Of a stretch of 64,000 nucleotides of DNA, positions 24,445 through 37,699 are shown piece after piece. Each line of letters opens with the position of its first letter. Within the stretch, counting starts at the first letter, position 1. Location of the stretch: assembly GCA_965287045.1 (NCBI GenBank), contig OZ336870.1:113398001-113462000 (forward strand), in the 5' to 3' direction. The translations under genes were made by a program, and so were the position numbers. Under the pieces are notes generated by a model, which saw only the letters and a program-made list of their open reading frames with translations, was not told where the DNA came from and made no database searches. The stretch comes from Carcharhinus amblyrhynchos (Eukaryota).

Positions 24445-25478
24445 ATCATGCACATTGAAACTGTGGACATTATTTGGCTCTATTGCCAGAACTCTACCAC
24501 CCCGCCTGCCGTGGAATCAGTGTGGATAAGGGACGATCAGTGGAAATGTCCAATGAACTCAGGTGGGATTTTCCAGTCTCAAGTTGAGCAAGGCCATAAA
24601 ATCCTGCCCTGTGGCCAATATTTAGTTAAACATGGACCTAAATAAGGTTGCTTTACATCCATTATGAAGTTTACACATCACATTATTTAAGGATGAACCA
24701 GCATTTAAGCAATATGGGATCGCTAGACAGTTGATCTCCAAATGCCATATTGATCAAAGGAGAATATATGAACTCAAGTTGGAGTAGAGATCAGAGTGAA
24801 TGTTCATTGTCAACTGCCATTGTATTGTGGTGTCTGGAACCCAGAAACCCAGTTTTAGACTGAAACTAACCATAAGGAACTGCACTTTTAAAATACACTG
24901 AACAAAGCAATTTCAGCAGAGAAACATTGTGCTTGCTCCAGCTTCCAAGTCCAACTGAGAACAATTCCCTGACTATATGTCCAGAAGAGGCTTTGGTGTT
25001 TTATGATAATCCTTGGTTTCTAAAAGCCATTCACTCAATTAAGAAGACATCAGGCCTACACTGACATAGAAACTGTGATATCAATTCCATTTTTATAATT
25101 ACAATTTTTGGCTTTTTCTGTTTCTAATCTGTGCATATGTGATAGTGTGAGTGAGTTGAGAGATTGAGAAGTCGTGTTTTAAACATTGGGAGCAAGCATA
25201 AATGACCTTTATTTTTTAAATGGCAAAATAGCCTGCTGCTGGAATTTATTTTAAATGAAATAAAATCCTGAGTGTAAGGAAATATATTCACCTTGCATGC
25301 AAATGTTCCTTTAAGCTTTTTCTCTACTGAAGTCTCTATTCCATTATGTAATTTATTAAAAACTGAAGCAATATGAATATTCAATGTCTCTGCCATTCCC
25401 TATCATTACCTGAGTTTACCTTGCTTATCCTTTCGTGACTTTAATTTCCTTATGTTAGTTGAGTATTTGTCATTTCTT

Positions 25479-25748
25479 AAGTTTAAAATGTATTTATTAG
25501 TGTCACTGATAGGTTTACATTAACATTGCAATGAAGTTACTGTGAAAATCCCTTAGTCGTTACATTCTGACGTCTGCTCGGGTACACTGAGGGGGAATTT
25601 AGCATGGTCAATGCCCCCAACCAGCATGTCTTTCTGGGAGGAAACCAGAGCACCTAGAGGAAACCCATGCAGACATGGGGAGAATGTGCAGACAGTGACC
25701 TAATTGAACCTGGGTCCCTGGAGCTGTGAGGCAGCAATATTAACCACT
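25479..25748 (-). mobile_element. HE1-like SINE, alternative tail
   Basis: Homologous to 9833-10122. Confidence 0.88.
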
Positions 25749-28261
25749 TTATATGTTCCTTCATATTACAATTTCTCTTTGCCTTCCTGATAGGTTACCT
25801 AATTTTCCTCTTACATTCTTCTATTCTCCTTTGTCCCCTCCTTTACTAACTAATTCTTCATTGCTGAAAATTGTGGAGCACTGCCTGTGATTTTTTTTTG
25901 TTTGCCAAAAATAATGGTTAGAAAATTATGGATAATATCCTGATTATGTGCCAGTGTGGACAGGGGAATCTCCCATTACAGTTTTGACTTTTGTATCACA
26001 CATTAGGTAAACGTATTAAGTAGAAATCAGACAAATTAGAATCCAATATAATATTTATCCCATTTGCTGCTGATCATATCTTACTTGTTGATGATAGGCT
26101 ACTACTAGACAATAAATCAAGACTCCCAGTCCTCGGCTGAGTTCTGTACTCTCAGTTAACTTTAGATTTATATTGTATAATAATGGTAAAACATCTATTA
26201 TTGAGAGGCTTATATCTATAAAGCCTTATAACTTTTCACAATTATTGATTAGATTTTCACAAATGCTAGTTTTGTTTAATATCTTCTTATCGGTTCAGTA
26301 GCTTAATGTTACATCTGATTCAGAGCATGAAAAAGCAACTTTCCATGTATTCTTCAGCTCATCCACTTTTGCAAAGTCATGGTTTTATTCTATTTTCACA
26401 TCACACAAGGACAGCAGTGGTTCGAGCAGAATGTCCACCACTAGTTACTCAGGACAGTAAAAGTCTCCTTGCCAGTGTTGCCCATGGGCTTGGAATGAAC
26501 AAAATAAGCACATCCTTCGCCCTGTAACAGTCTGAATGTCTCTAGTTACCTTCCTATTGAAAGGACACCTGCTCTATGCATGGCGCAGGCATGCCGTTGG
26601 TGAGTGGCAACAATCCCAGAAAAACTTCAATGCATTTGAGAACAATTATAAAATTTGAAATTGTACCAGCTCCTTTAATTCTTGAGATGTAACTGCGATT
26701 ATTTATACTATTCAGAGAAATGCATCAAAATCACCAAATTCCCTGCAGAGGTATTAACAACCCACCTCACATATGTCATCGTACATATTTTAATAAAAAA
26801 AAGGTTCAACATCAAAATAGAACATTGTCCAAACCAAGAGAGGAAATGTGTATAATGGATATTGCTTTTGCCAGAATTTTCTGCATGGTCGAACCCTGGA
26901 GTTATCAGTCAGTTATTTTTGTTCATAATATGGAAATCTTTGGAACAAAGACCACAACTGCAATGTCCAGGGCACCAAAGGCCCACTGCCAAGGCATACA
27001 TCTAAGCTTGGTCAAAAGCACACAAAACAGTGCAACAGATGCAAGATGGTCACATTTTGGTCTGCTGGCAATTGCTGAAGACACTGAAGAGCAGCATTGC
27101 TGATGATATGATGTTAACAGTTTGTCATATGCCCAAGATGGAATGTTACCCTATTGACGCTAAAAGCTCTGGCCAAGCTCTCTAACTTGGGTATCATCCA
27201 TGCTATTTTACATATGCATTTGCTAGCAGAGACATTTACAACAAAGATGCCATCGTGGAAAGGTACCCCTTGGGTTACAAAGCTATCCGTGCACATGGAT
27301 AATTCTCTCTCAAAGGCGGCAATGTGCCCTGAGAATTCTTTTATAAATCAGCAAGCTGCAGTGCCATGCTGCCATGTTGCTATTGATCCTCTTTGTAATA
27401 CAAATTTTATATATTTAAATTGTAAAATGACTTGGCACAAATCGTTTTGGGGTTTACTTTGCAGAAAATTACATCCATAAAGCTCTGATAGTGCACTGTT
27501 ATTAATCATTTTCTCTGCACAATGTATCAGCTTCTATTAGATTAAATACCTTGCAGTACAGATGCTACCTTACATTTGTACAGTCATTCACTTGTAGTCT
27601 TTAAATCACCAACTCAATCGTAATCCGTTATCCAATAAGATTTAGTAGAAAACTTATTTAAGGTACCTATCTAAGCGCTCACGTGACAAATACAATCCTT
27701 TAGTATGTTATAAAGTGATAGATATCTGTGTAGAGAATTTCAGGTAAATCAAACAGAAGCTAAAGAGATTAGAAACAAGGAAATTGTAAAGTTCAAAGTA
27801 AAATAAAAGCGGCTTTTGGACTGAATGTAGCAAATCCTTCCTGATGCACACTGAAACCGGACCTCAAAACTAATTTGGCACTTGCTTTAAATTGTATTTT
27901 CCATACATTTTATTGTAGAAATTTGGCCTCATGTTCACGTATATTTTTCATTTGTAAGTCGAACAATTCAGACACAGAAGATTATGTTGAAAATAAATCT
28001 GCTGCAGTGGAATAAAGACACCTGCTGCAGAATTTTATCAGATGAAAATATTTTGCTTTTGGTCCACTTTTCCTCATGTACTTACATTGCCATGGAGCTC
28101 CACAATGTCTATGATCAACAAAAAGGACTTGTCAGGTTACATTATCCTTCACTCCCAGTGGTATTTTGGATGGCACAGCAGGAGATGCACCTCTACTGCA
28201 GGAAGGATAAATGAAATGACACCTTTAGCTGACGAACACACTCATACCAGCAAAGTAGCAG

Positions 28262-28372
28262 AATTGAGTTCCAAAGAGAAGTCATGTGGAACCTCATATA
28301 TTAACTCTGTTTCTGTCTCCACAGATGCTGCAGGACCTGCTGTGTTTTTCCAGCATTTTCTGTTTTTATTAT
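28262..28372 (+). repeat. Penelope-like repeat copy
   Basis: TTAACTCTGTTTCTGTCTCCACAGATGCTGCAGGACCTGCTG. Confidence 0.7.
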
Positions 28373-28808
28373 GTGTAAGTATTTCTTTGCCTAGTTATCA
28401 TAGAAAGCAGGCATTTTGGGTGAGATTCTCCACCCTCCCAGCCATATGTTTCCCGCTAGCGGAAGGTGGCACGAATTCTCTGGTCCCATCACTGTCAATG
28501 GGAATTCCCACTGACATTACCTCATGCCAGCAGGAAACCCGTGGGCAGGGGTGTGCTGCCAGTGGGACTGGAGAATCCCGTTAGCGTGAATGGCCGGAGA
28601 ATTTTGTGGATTAGAAGTTATCAGGCTAAAAAATAAAACAGGAAGTAAGCCATTGGGAGCTGACAATAGCTTTGAACTGGTTCCCAAAGAATGAAGTGTC
28701 TATTTAAAGGACAAAGTAAAGTATAATTATGGAGGGGATTTTCAGTCATTTTAAAAGTGAAATGAGAAAACTTTATAGTAATTTAGAGTATAAGTTGCCT
28801 ACTAAAAT

Positions 28809-28948
28809 AGAGCTCTGACAAAGGATTATCTAGACTCGAAACGTTGGCTCTATTCTCTCTCCACAGATGCTGTCAGAGCTACTGAGATTTTCCAGAATTT
28901 TCAGTTTTTGGTTCAGATTCCAGCATCTATAGTATTTTGTTTTTATCA
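28809..28948 (+). repeat. Penelope-like (pLTR-derived) short repeat with hammerhead ribozyme motif
   Basis: AGAGCT-CTGACAA-AGGATTATCTAGACTC-GAAAC-GTT-GGCTCT, then the family body CTCTCCACAGATGCTG...CCAGCATCTATAGTATTTTG. The Penelope origin is inferred from the motif and the inverted arrangement. Confidence 0.65.
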
Positions 28949-29759
28949 GAGCGGTCAGTCATGTTGCCTTTAGTTTGTTTGTTACAGTAAAAGTTTTCAA
29001 ACATGAAATCTTGTCACGTTATCCTTTCAGTCAGTTAATGCAAGTTCAATTTCTTTCATTGGTCTCTGTGGGTTCATAACACTGGTGCTACTTCCATAGA
29101 CTTGACATTGGTATATGCCACTGTCTGATCCAAAGGCCTGCTTCTGAAACGTTCAATGTCACGTAACTCTTTGGCTTATCATTAACCAACAGCTGTAAGT
29201 ACCACATCTATCTTTGTGACAAAACCAGCCTAGCACAATCAATGAAACACATCACATCAATCTGCCTATTGCAGAAGACATCTCACATGAATGTATCGTA
29301 CCATCTGCCATTACCTTGGTGATCAACCTCTGACTGCTGGAGGCCACGACATCTGAGGGGCCCCTGCACAACTGCAGGTGTTTCTTCTGTGGTGTGGCCA
29401 CTAGGGTCACCAGCAGAGTGGCTGAATAGAGGAAGTCTGGTGTTCCTCCACCCTGTCTGTGCATGATTCTACCTCCCTGACTGCCGGAAAATGGGCATTT
29501 GGAGAAATGTCCAGGCATCACTTTTCCCTCTGACTACTGGTGCATTGGGTTGATGGCCAGAGCAATGGTGTGCATGTCTGAGCACATATCAAATCTCGCT
29601 TGCCATGACAGTTGCCCACCTCTTCAAGGAGGAAGGCATGTGCTTGCACACTTGAGACCTGGCTTAACAAATGGCCTGGATGGAGATATCCATTGTTTGT
29701 CTATGCCTCTTTTACAAAATTAGCTGCAGTGTGGTAAGGTCAACAGTTTTGAATATAAT

Positions 29760-29890
29760 GGAGTGGGTGAGTGAATGAGTAGGTGGGTAAGTGGATAGGT
29801 AAATGGGTGGGTAGCGTGTTAGGAATGGTTAGTGGGGTAGGTGGATAAGTAGATAGGTGGCTGGGTTGAGTTGGCGAATAAATAGGTCTG
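29760..29890. repeat. G-rich low-complexity (GGGTA/GAGTG-like) repeat flanking the RPLP0 copy
   Basis: The same kind of repeat resumes at ~30688-30762 on the other side of the pseudogene. Confidence 0.75.
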
Positions 29891-29904
29891 AAAATAAATA
29901 GGCT

Positions 29905-30685
29905 AGCTCTTCATTTATTCACAACTAGCTGGGTTTTAATCAAACCAACCAAAGTCCCTGTCACCATCCATTTCCTTCACTTCATCCTTGGCAACAGCTG
30001 GAGCAGCCTCAACAACAGGGGCCACAAAAGCTGATGGATCAGTCAGCTAAGCCTTCACCTTTTCAGCTAATGGGAAGGAATAGCCTGTCTCTACAGAAAC
30101 AGACAGCACCCTCTTATAACCATTGATGGAGTGTGGCATAGCGGCAATGGTTGGATAACCAATCTGCGGGCACCCACTGTCCACATTGTGAACTCCTTCC
30201 GGGATATACTGTTGCAGGGTTTCTTCATTGATATCCAGGACCTCAGGCTTGTACGCACTGCCATTGTCATGAACTTGTTTGATCACCAAGCCACAGGAGA
30301 AGGGAAAGATGTTCAACATGTTCAGTAGAGTGACTTCGGGGCCCCCCACTTTGTCATCACCTTGATGAGTTACACATCACTCAAAATTTCCATGGCACTT
30401 CTGGAGATCTTAGTGGTGATGCCCAAAGCCTGGAAGAAGGAGGTCTTCTCAAGACCTAGGCCTGTTTCTGACTTGGCACAGTAACCTCACAAGGGGCAGT
30501 TGAACTATAGGGCAGCAGCTGGCACCTTGTTTGGTATCAGCAGGTCACGAATTTTGCACAAATCCTCCTTGGTGAATACTAAGGCAACATTGCCATGGAT
30601 ATGAGGCAGAAGCTTTTCTACAGCAGGATTATTCATCAGGTGACCTTGAATGGCTTTGCGGATCATGGTAGTTTTTCCCATAGTA
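29905..30685 (-). pseudogene. RPLP0: Processed, 5'-truncated pseudogene of 60S acidic ribosomal protein P0 (uL10)
   Basis: Minus-strand translation from 30681: [41 protein letters not shown]...[34 protein letters not shown]...[31 protein letters not shown]...DFGWFD* (stop 29938-29936). Collinear with vertebrate RPLP0 from about residue 55 to the C-terminus. No introns; frameshifts and internal stops; AATAAA at 29919-29914. Confidence 0.96.
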
Positions 30686-31445
30686 TGAAGTGGGTGAGGT
30701 GGGTAGGGTGAGTGAATAGCTAGGTGAATGTTGATTGGTAAATGAGTTATGTGGGTAGGTAGAAGCAGCAGAAATCTTGCATCCTGGAAAGTAGGTTACT
30801 CTGTCGGTGATCTGGAGGTCAGATTTTGAGAAGGAGGCAGGCTGGGAGCCTAGAGACCAGATTTCTTGTCAGAGGTTAAATCACAACTGAAGCTAAAACC
30901 CAAAAGCTGTGTAATTAAAGTGATTCAAACACTCACTTCTTGGTCATATGGCAGAGTATTTTTGGATCAGGCTAATCAGCTAACGACACTCTCTTTTAAA
31001 ACCCATTGTGTTTTGAGCAGGTAACTGTAGAACCATTAGCACAAACGTTGGAGACAAGGAGTGAAAAATAGCTCTGCCATTGCCCATAACTGGCTGGTAC
31101 AGATGTTTTGCCAACTTTTATTTGTGTTGGCTAGGCTGGAATGTTTATACAATGCAAGGAGTGTTACATTCCAAGTGTGTTAGCCTTTGTTCATTTTTAA
31201 ACTGCTCAGAAACCTCTAAGGGTTACCATCATATGCTCAGTGGTAACCATTTTATCAGCCCAGCCATTTGTCTATTTTTAAAAGTAATAATAATTTTAAC
31301 AACTAGCTAGGGTGACCTAGATTTTTTTTTCATGTCTTCTAATCACTGAAACTACTTCTTTTCTGCTTCATGTAAGGATCCTACATAAAATCAGTTTGAC
31401 ATTTCTCAACCCAATCCCTTGTAGATACGAATGGATATGATCAAC

Positions 31446-31732
31446 AGTTTATTTATTATTATTAGTGTCACACGTAGTCTTACATTAACTCTGCAATGAA
31501 GTTACTGTGAAAATCCCCTAGACACCGCACTCCGACGCCTGTTCGAGTACACTGAGGAAGAATTTAGCATAGCCAATGCACTTAACCAGCACATCTTTCG
31601 GTCTGTGGGAGGAAACCAGAGAACCCAGAGGAAATCCACACAGAGACAGGGAGATGGTGCAGACTTTACACGGACAGTGAGCCTAGCTGGGAATGGAACC
31701 TGGATTCCTGATGCTGTGAGGCAGCAATGCTA
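31446..31732 (-). mobile_element. HE1-like SINE, alternative tail
   Basis: Homologous to 9833-10122. Confidence 0.9.
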
Positions 31733-34700
31733 TCATTATGAAAAATGACATGTCAAACTGATGCAGTGAGAAATGTCCTTTGAATTTTGGATGGATGATG
31801 ATAGTACAGACAGTTTTACTTTATGTCCAATCTGTGCCAAATCTAAAGTAAGAACCATTCCTGACTACTTAATTTCAGAAATGCACACTAAAACTAGAAG
31901 GAAAATTCCAATTCACCAGGATTGATGTCTCTCAACATACTGAGCACACAACTGAGCAAAAAGTAAAAACATGAAAACAAAGCTAAAAACATTTCAAACA
32001 TTTAATAATGTAGTCCCTGAATTTGAGGCTTAATGAGAGCCGTACGTATGTGAAATGGGACACAATTGAACAGACCTGGTGACTAGGGGAATCATTTTGA
32101 ACATAACATGATTGTTGTATTATTTTCAAGGTTAAATTGAGTTTCCAAAAGAAATTCTCAAATTTACAAAAGGTATTCAGATATCATGCTCAGTAAGTAA
32201 TCTAGAATGCATAAGAGATAGTTTACTGACTTTGCACCTGACAACTAGCCTTGCTCTTGAGGAGCGCACATCAGAAATTCAGTCACACATTTCACCTGAT
32301 TTATCAGCCATTTAAACTCAAGTTTGGAAAATTGTGCACAATGCACACCTAACTTTTCAATATTCCAGCTCAAGTCTCTCCACTATGAATTGGAAAATTG
32401 CCCATTCGAGTTCTTCCCCTTAGCAATCAGCATGGCATTGTGTGCTCTGCTTTTGTCCATTGTCAACCGCAATCTTATTCACCATTTTCCAATTACTAAA
32501 GCAAAACAAAATCACTGTGATGTTACTGGAGGCACCCAGCAATTAATAAGCTTTTAATGTTACAAGAACAGCTGTAGAAAACCTATTTAGACCTATTTAA
32601 AAGAGCTGCCATTTTCAAAGCTTGATGTGTTTTATTTTTGATATTTTGTTTTTGATTTTTGAATTTTATATTTGATTTTCTTATTCAAACATTCGTAAAT
32701 GGACAGAATACAGTTCAGTCATTTTGCCAATACACTTCTTAAAATGGATGATGAAAGTTAATTTAGGGGTTATTGTGGTGAAAGGGGGAGGACAGGTGCT
32801 AAATGGGTGCTGTGTTAATAAGATAAGCCTGTTTGCAAGTCTGGATTTAGCACACAATTTTGGTCCTAATTGCTGATTACCATAATTAGAACTTGCCTGA
32901 AGGTGCTAAAGTAGACATCTGTAGGTTTAGCACTCATGTGCTGATTAGACACAAATTCCATAGAGCATTGTGTGTGGGTTCCAGGCATCCACTTCCACTG
33001 AAGGTGTGGGGTTTGTTGGCTAACACACAATTGCATGTTTCAGGAACCAAGCGAGAAGATGCACTAATTCTCAGTTGTGGCACTGGAGATTGAAATTGAT
33101 GAGTTCCAGAACAGGAAGAATGTCCTGCATCCACAGTGAGAATGGAATCCACCCAGACCTTTTGCCCCCCTGACATTGCTTGTGTTTGTGTTCTCCTCCC
33201 ATTTTGACTGCAAACCAAGGAGACCCCCCCAACAGGTATTTCTTTTCATAAGAAGATCTCCCAACAAGATGCTACTGAGCCAGTATTCCCCTTCCCCTGC
33301 TGATAAGATCAAGAAACTCAGCATTTTTAAGAATGTCCTCAGAGAAACTCTAGAATGTGTTGAAGTCTTAACATAACGTTCCAAGATGTCTTCGAATGCA
33401 TCTCAAAAACCCTGTTCAAGCCTCCTGCAATGAAGTAAAAGGCAATGTATCTTTAGATAAAGCTCAATCCTTTGCAATAATTTGTTTATTCTCAATCAAC
33501 TGGTCACTGTAGAAGAGACTTATGTCAAGTTCTAGTCAGGAAAATACCTTGCAGCCCAATGAGCGCTAGCAGGCAAGGTCATCAGGCCCTTAGTGATTTT
33601 CCATGCAGGACATCCATGCTCCAATTCCTTGATCAAGATGATGCCTTGGCATGGGGTAACCTAGCATCTCAATTGACCCCATTTTAGCCTACATTGGAGG
33701 CACTTTGGCAACTAAAATATCTGGGGAAAATGGTTCTTTTTGTGTATTATTAATGTGCTACAGACATGAATCAAATAAGGTTTAAGAATTTGAAATGTGG
33801 ACAGAAGAAAGATACTTGCAGAACAGTTAAAGTTCCCTTCAGTGTGTTTTCTGTTCATTTTTTTTGATAACAGTAAAGAGACCTCACTTGATTTTTATGT
33901 CCTCAAATTCAAGGTTTTTTTTAATAAGATGCCAGTTTATCTTACTGTTTAAAGTAAATACTTACTTATTGTGTGGATTGTTTCCAGCCACTTTGCAGAA
34001 GCTTTAAACAAAAAATTAATTCTGTAAATGTGAGGTTAAAACACATATATATTAGACACTGAGGTATGGTGAAAACTCAGCTTTTAAATGGTTAACAGCT
34101 GCTAGAGTTTATCAAACTTTCCGCCTAATCCTATAATCGTCTATTCAAATCAAATCTTTATTGAGTATAAGCTCCTTTGAATAAGCACCAAGTCAACTCC
34201 TAAGACACCTGTTTATTGAGATTTCAAAGCTCCTGCAACCTGTTCCCCTTTGAAAGTCCCAAATTAATTGTTTTCCCACATGCACAGCCATTAATGCAGA
34301 GCATTTGTATATGTCCAGGAATGTTTTTCACCTGTTCATTTACTATATGTCCCAATCATGCTGAATGTTTTATGCTAATACAACACAATTATTGATGCAA
34401 AAAATTTGGAATGTATTTAGACAGAGAAGCTGCTAAACTACCAATGCAAAATATCACTGTAATATTGTGGGGAAATATTTCATTGTATCTGAATTCTGCA
34501 CCTGCTGAAGTGCTTCTTCCTCGCATTCTATATACGTTTGGATCTAGTCATTCATCAGTCTACCCTTCAACCTTCTTAGAAGAAAACAAAATTGTAAACG
34601 AAAAGTTCCAAAATAAATGGCCTTCAGGCAATAGAGTTCTTGGCTATTTCCTTTGCTACTTATCAATAAATTGCAAACTAAACCAGTTGGCCAATTTATT

Positions 34701-35099
34701 TCAATATCGATAAAGGTGTTAACTTTATGTTACAAAATAGTTCATTTTTTAAAAAAAGTTTATTTTAATTGAAACACAGTTTACAGATAATGAGTGGTTT
34801 CAGTCTCCAAATATTAACAGTTGAAAGGGCTTTTAGAATCACAAGATTGCACTTTTTAAAAAAAAATGTTCTTTGTGTCCCTTGCAGGTATTAGCCCTTT
34901 TCAGAAACAAGGATCTAACAGCTTGGCAGCTTCAGGGAACTCATTCCCAAAAGCTCCTATATCTGACTCACCAAATCCATCATGGCCCTTACTTACTTCA
35001 AGCACCAACCCAGACACAAAGTGAAGATGAAAATAATCAGGCAAAGAGAGTGAAGTGCAAAGAACCAATAAGCAGGAGAAGCTGGAAGGGGATCCATAG

Positions 35100-36960
35100 A
35101 ATGATACATCACAGTAGGGTACCATTCATCTCATCATGCCTCTGCCAGCTCCTTGAAGGAACTTCCCAATTAGTTTTATTCCCTTGTCCTTTTCCCAAAG
35201 CCACGCAACTTCTTCCTCTTCAAGTACTTATATACAGTTCTCCTTTGATAGTTATCATTGACTCTGCTTCCAACATCCTTTTGGGAAATGACCTAACAAG
35301 TTGGTGCATAAAAATATTTATCCTCAGTTCATGTGTGGTTCTTTTACTAATTGCTTTAAATCTTTGCCCATTAGTTGCCAACACTTCTGCCACATGATAC
35401 TGTCTCTCCATACTATATCAAAACCTTTTAAAATTTTGAATAGCTCTGTTAAATTTCCCTTTAACCATTTCTGTTCACAGGAAAACAATCCATTTTCCAT
35501 AAGTTACAGAAGTTCTCTATCCTGTGTTTAAGTCTCCTCTTTCTGGCCCTTTTTGGCACTTTCACATCCTTCTCAAACTGTGGTGTTCAGAATTGGTTAC
35601 AATTCAGTGGGGACCTAAACAATGCTTATAAAGAGGCCATAACTTTTTTGTTTTTGTACTTGTGTTTCTATTTATAAAGCCAATGATCTGTGTACCTTTT
35701 CAGCAGCCTTCTCAACACCTGTAATCTTCAAATATTTGTATACGTGTGTTCCCAGATCTCTGTTCCTGCACTCCGTTTAGAATTGTACCCTTTAATTCAT
35801 ACTGCTTCTCCTCATTCTTCCGACTAAAATGCAGCATTTTTTTATTTCCCTGCATTCAGTTGTATATTCCATGTGTCTGCCTGTTTCACCAGTCGATCTA
35901 TGTTCTTCTGAAGTCTGTTACTATCTTAAGTTTATGTGATGTGCAAACATTGCAATTAGCTACATGTCATTAATAAATATTCTTTAAAAAGCAGTACTCC
36001 TAACACCAACTACTGGGGGATTACCAATCCAAATATTTCCTCAATGTGAAAAGCAGTAGCCTGAAAATCCCAGCCATTCCCATCAGTGTGATCTTCCAAT
36101 CCAGCCATCGGCGCACCCCCAGCTTTGGGTTTTCCAGCCACAGTGGGTGCATTCTGCAGGAAACCCCATTGACAACGACAGGACCAAAAGATCCTGTTAC
36201 TGGCCAATGGCGTACCACCTCTGCTTCCGCAAAATACCCGACAGATTGCAGAGAAAATCCCACCCAGCCATTCACATTACTCCCTGCTTTCAGTTGCTTA
36301 GTCAATTTTGTATCCATGCTGCTGTTGCCTATTTAAACTCATGGGCTTCCATGTTGCTAATTTCTTCAAATTTTTTTTGATTTATTATATGTATCATCAA
36401 TCGCCCCATCTTCATCAACCCTTTCCATTACTTCATAAAAGAACACTATAAAATAAGTATGACTTTCCTTTAACATGTCCATAGTGGCTATGATTTATTA
36501 ATCTGTATGTTTACAAGTGACGATTTATTTTTCCCCAAATTATCATCTCTAAAAGGTCCCCCCGCCACTCCCCGTAATTAGACTGATTGACGTGTAGTTG
36601 CTGGAATTAATACTCTCCCCTTTTTCTAAACATAGGTGTAGAATTTACAATCCTCCAGTATTCAGATACTCGTATCTAAGGAAGATTGAATGTTTGTAGC
36701 CAAATCCACTGAAATTTCCACCCCAACATCCTTCAGTAATCTCAGATACACTGCATCTAAATTGGATGATTTTTTCACTGTGCAAACTGCCAACTTTTTA
36801 AATGCCTCTTCATTTTATTTTTAGCCTATTTAATTTCTCTAATTCTTCCTTTACTGTGACATTGGTTGGATGCTGTTCTGTAGTGAATACAGATGCAAAC
36901 TATCAATTTTGTGTATTAACTTTCTACAAGATGATCTTCACTAATCCTAGCCAGCCCTAC
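35100..36960 (-). mobile_element. Old CR1 LINE with MITE insertion at ~36060-36265
   Basis: Decayed CR1 ORF2 segments in the expected order. Confidence 0.65.
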
Positions 36961-37699
36961 ACTTCATCAGGCTACCCTGTTACAATTCACAGCCAGGTTT
37001 TATATCAAAATTGACATGGTTCATTGTTATTGTTCGCCCAAAACCATCAGCAACATTTGGAGTCCACACAGGCACAATTTAAAGAAATCTAAAAGATTTT
37101 AAAAATGTACTGGTTGTGATGGGATGTGGCGTCATTGTCTAGGACCAGAATTTATTGCCCATTCCTAATTGTCCTTGTGAAGATGATGGTGACCTGCCTT
37201 CTTGATATGCTGCAGCCCATGTGATGGAGGTACACCAACAATAGTGTTAGGAAGGGAGATTGAGGATTTTGATCCAAGAACAGTGAAGGATGTTGTGAGC
37301 GATTCGAGGCTTCTACATATGGTGTGCCACTGAGGATCCCTTTAGTGTTCAATCAATTAGGAATTATTAAACTGAGAAGGACTTACCCTTCGATGCAATT
37401 GGTCATCTGTAAAAACCTTTGAAATACTATGCCCTGTAAAATGAGATGCAACTGCGTTTTAAACAACTGACTAAATTCATAATTATTATTGACAGTCTCT
37501 ATTTCCCTAAAAAAAATTTGATATTCATAAAATATCGAATGTGTATATTATGATATATAAAAGCACATTTTTAAGGTAATTCTTTTAAAATAAATTTGGT
37601 TTATGGTATCAGTTTATGCCTTAATCTCATGTGCTTGTCCCAGACCTTCATTTTGCACTTCATAAAATAATACAAAAATGTTATTTATTTCGCGATGAA

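Noticed and set aside
28042-28584. Longest ORF in the track (180 aa)
   Set aside because: It runs across unique sequence, a Penelope-like repeat and a MITE; no recognisable domain.
30047-30349. 100-aa RPLP0 ORF as a functional gene
   Set aside because: It lacks the N-terminus, is flanked by frameshifts and stops, and has many substitutions at conserved residues.
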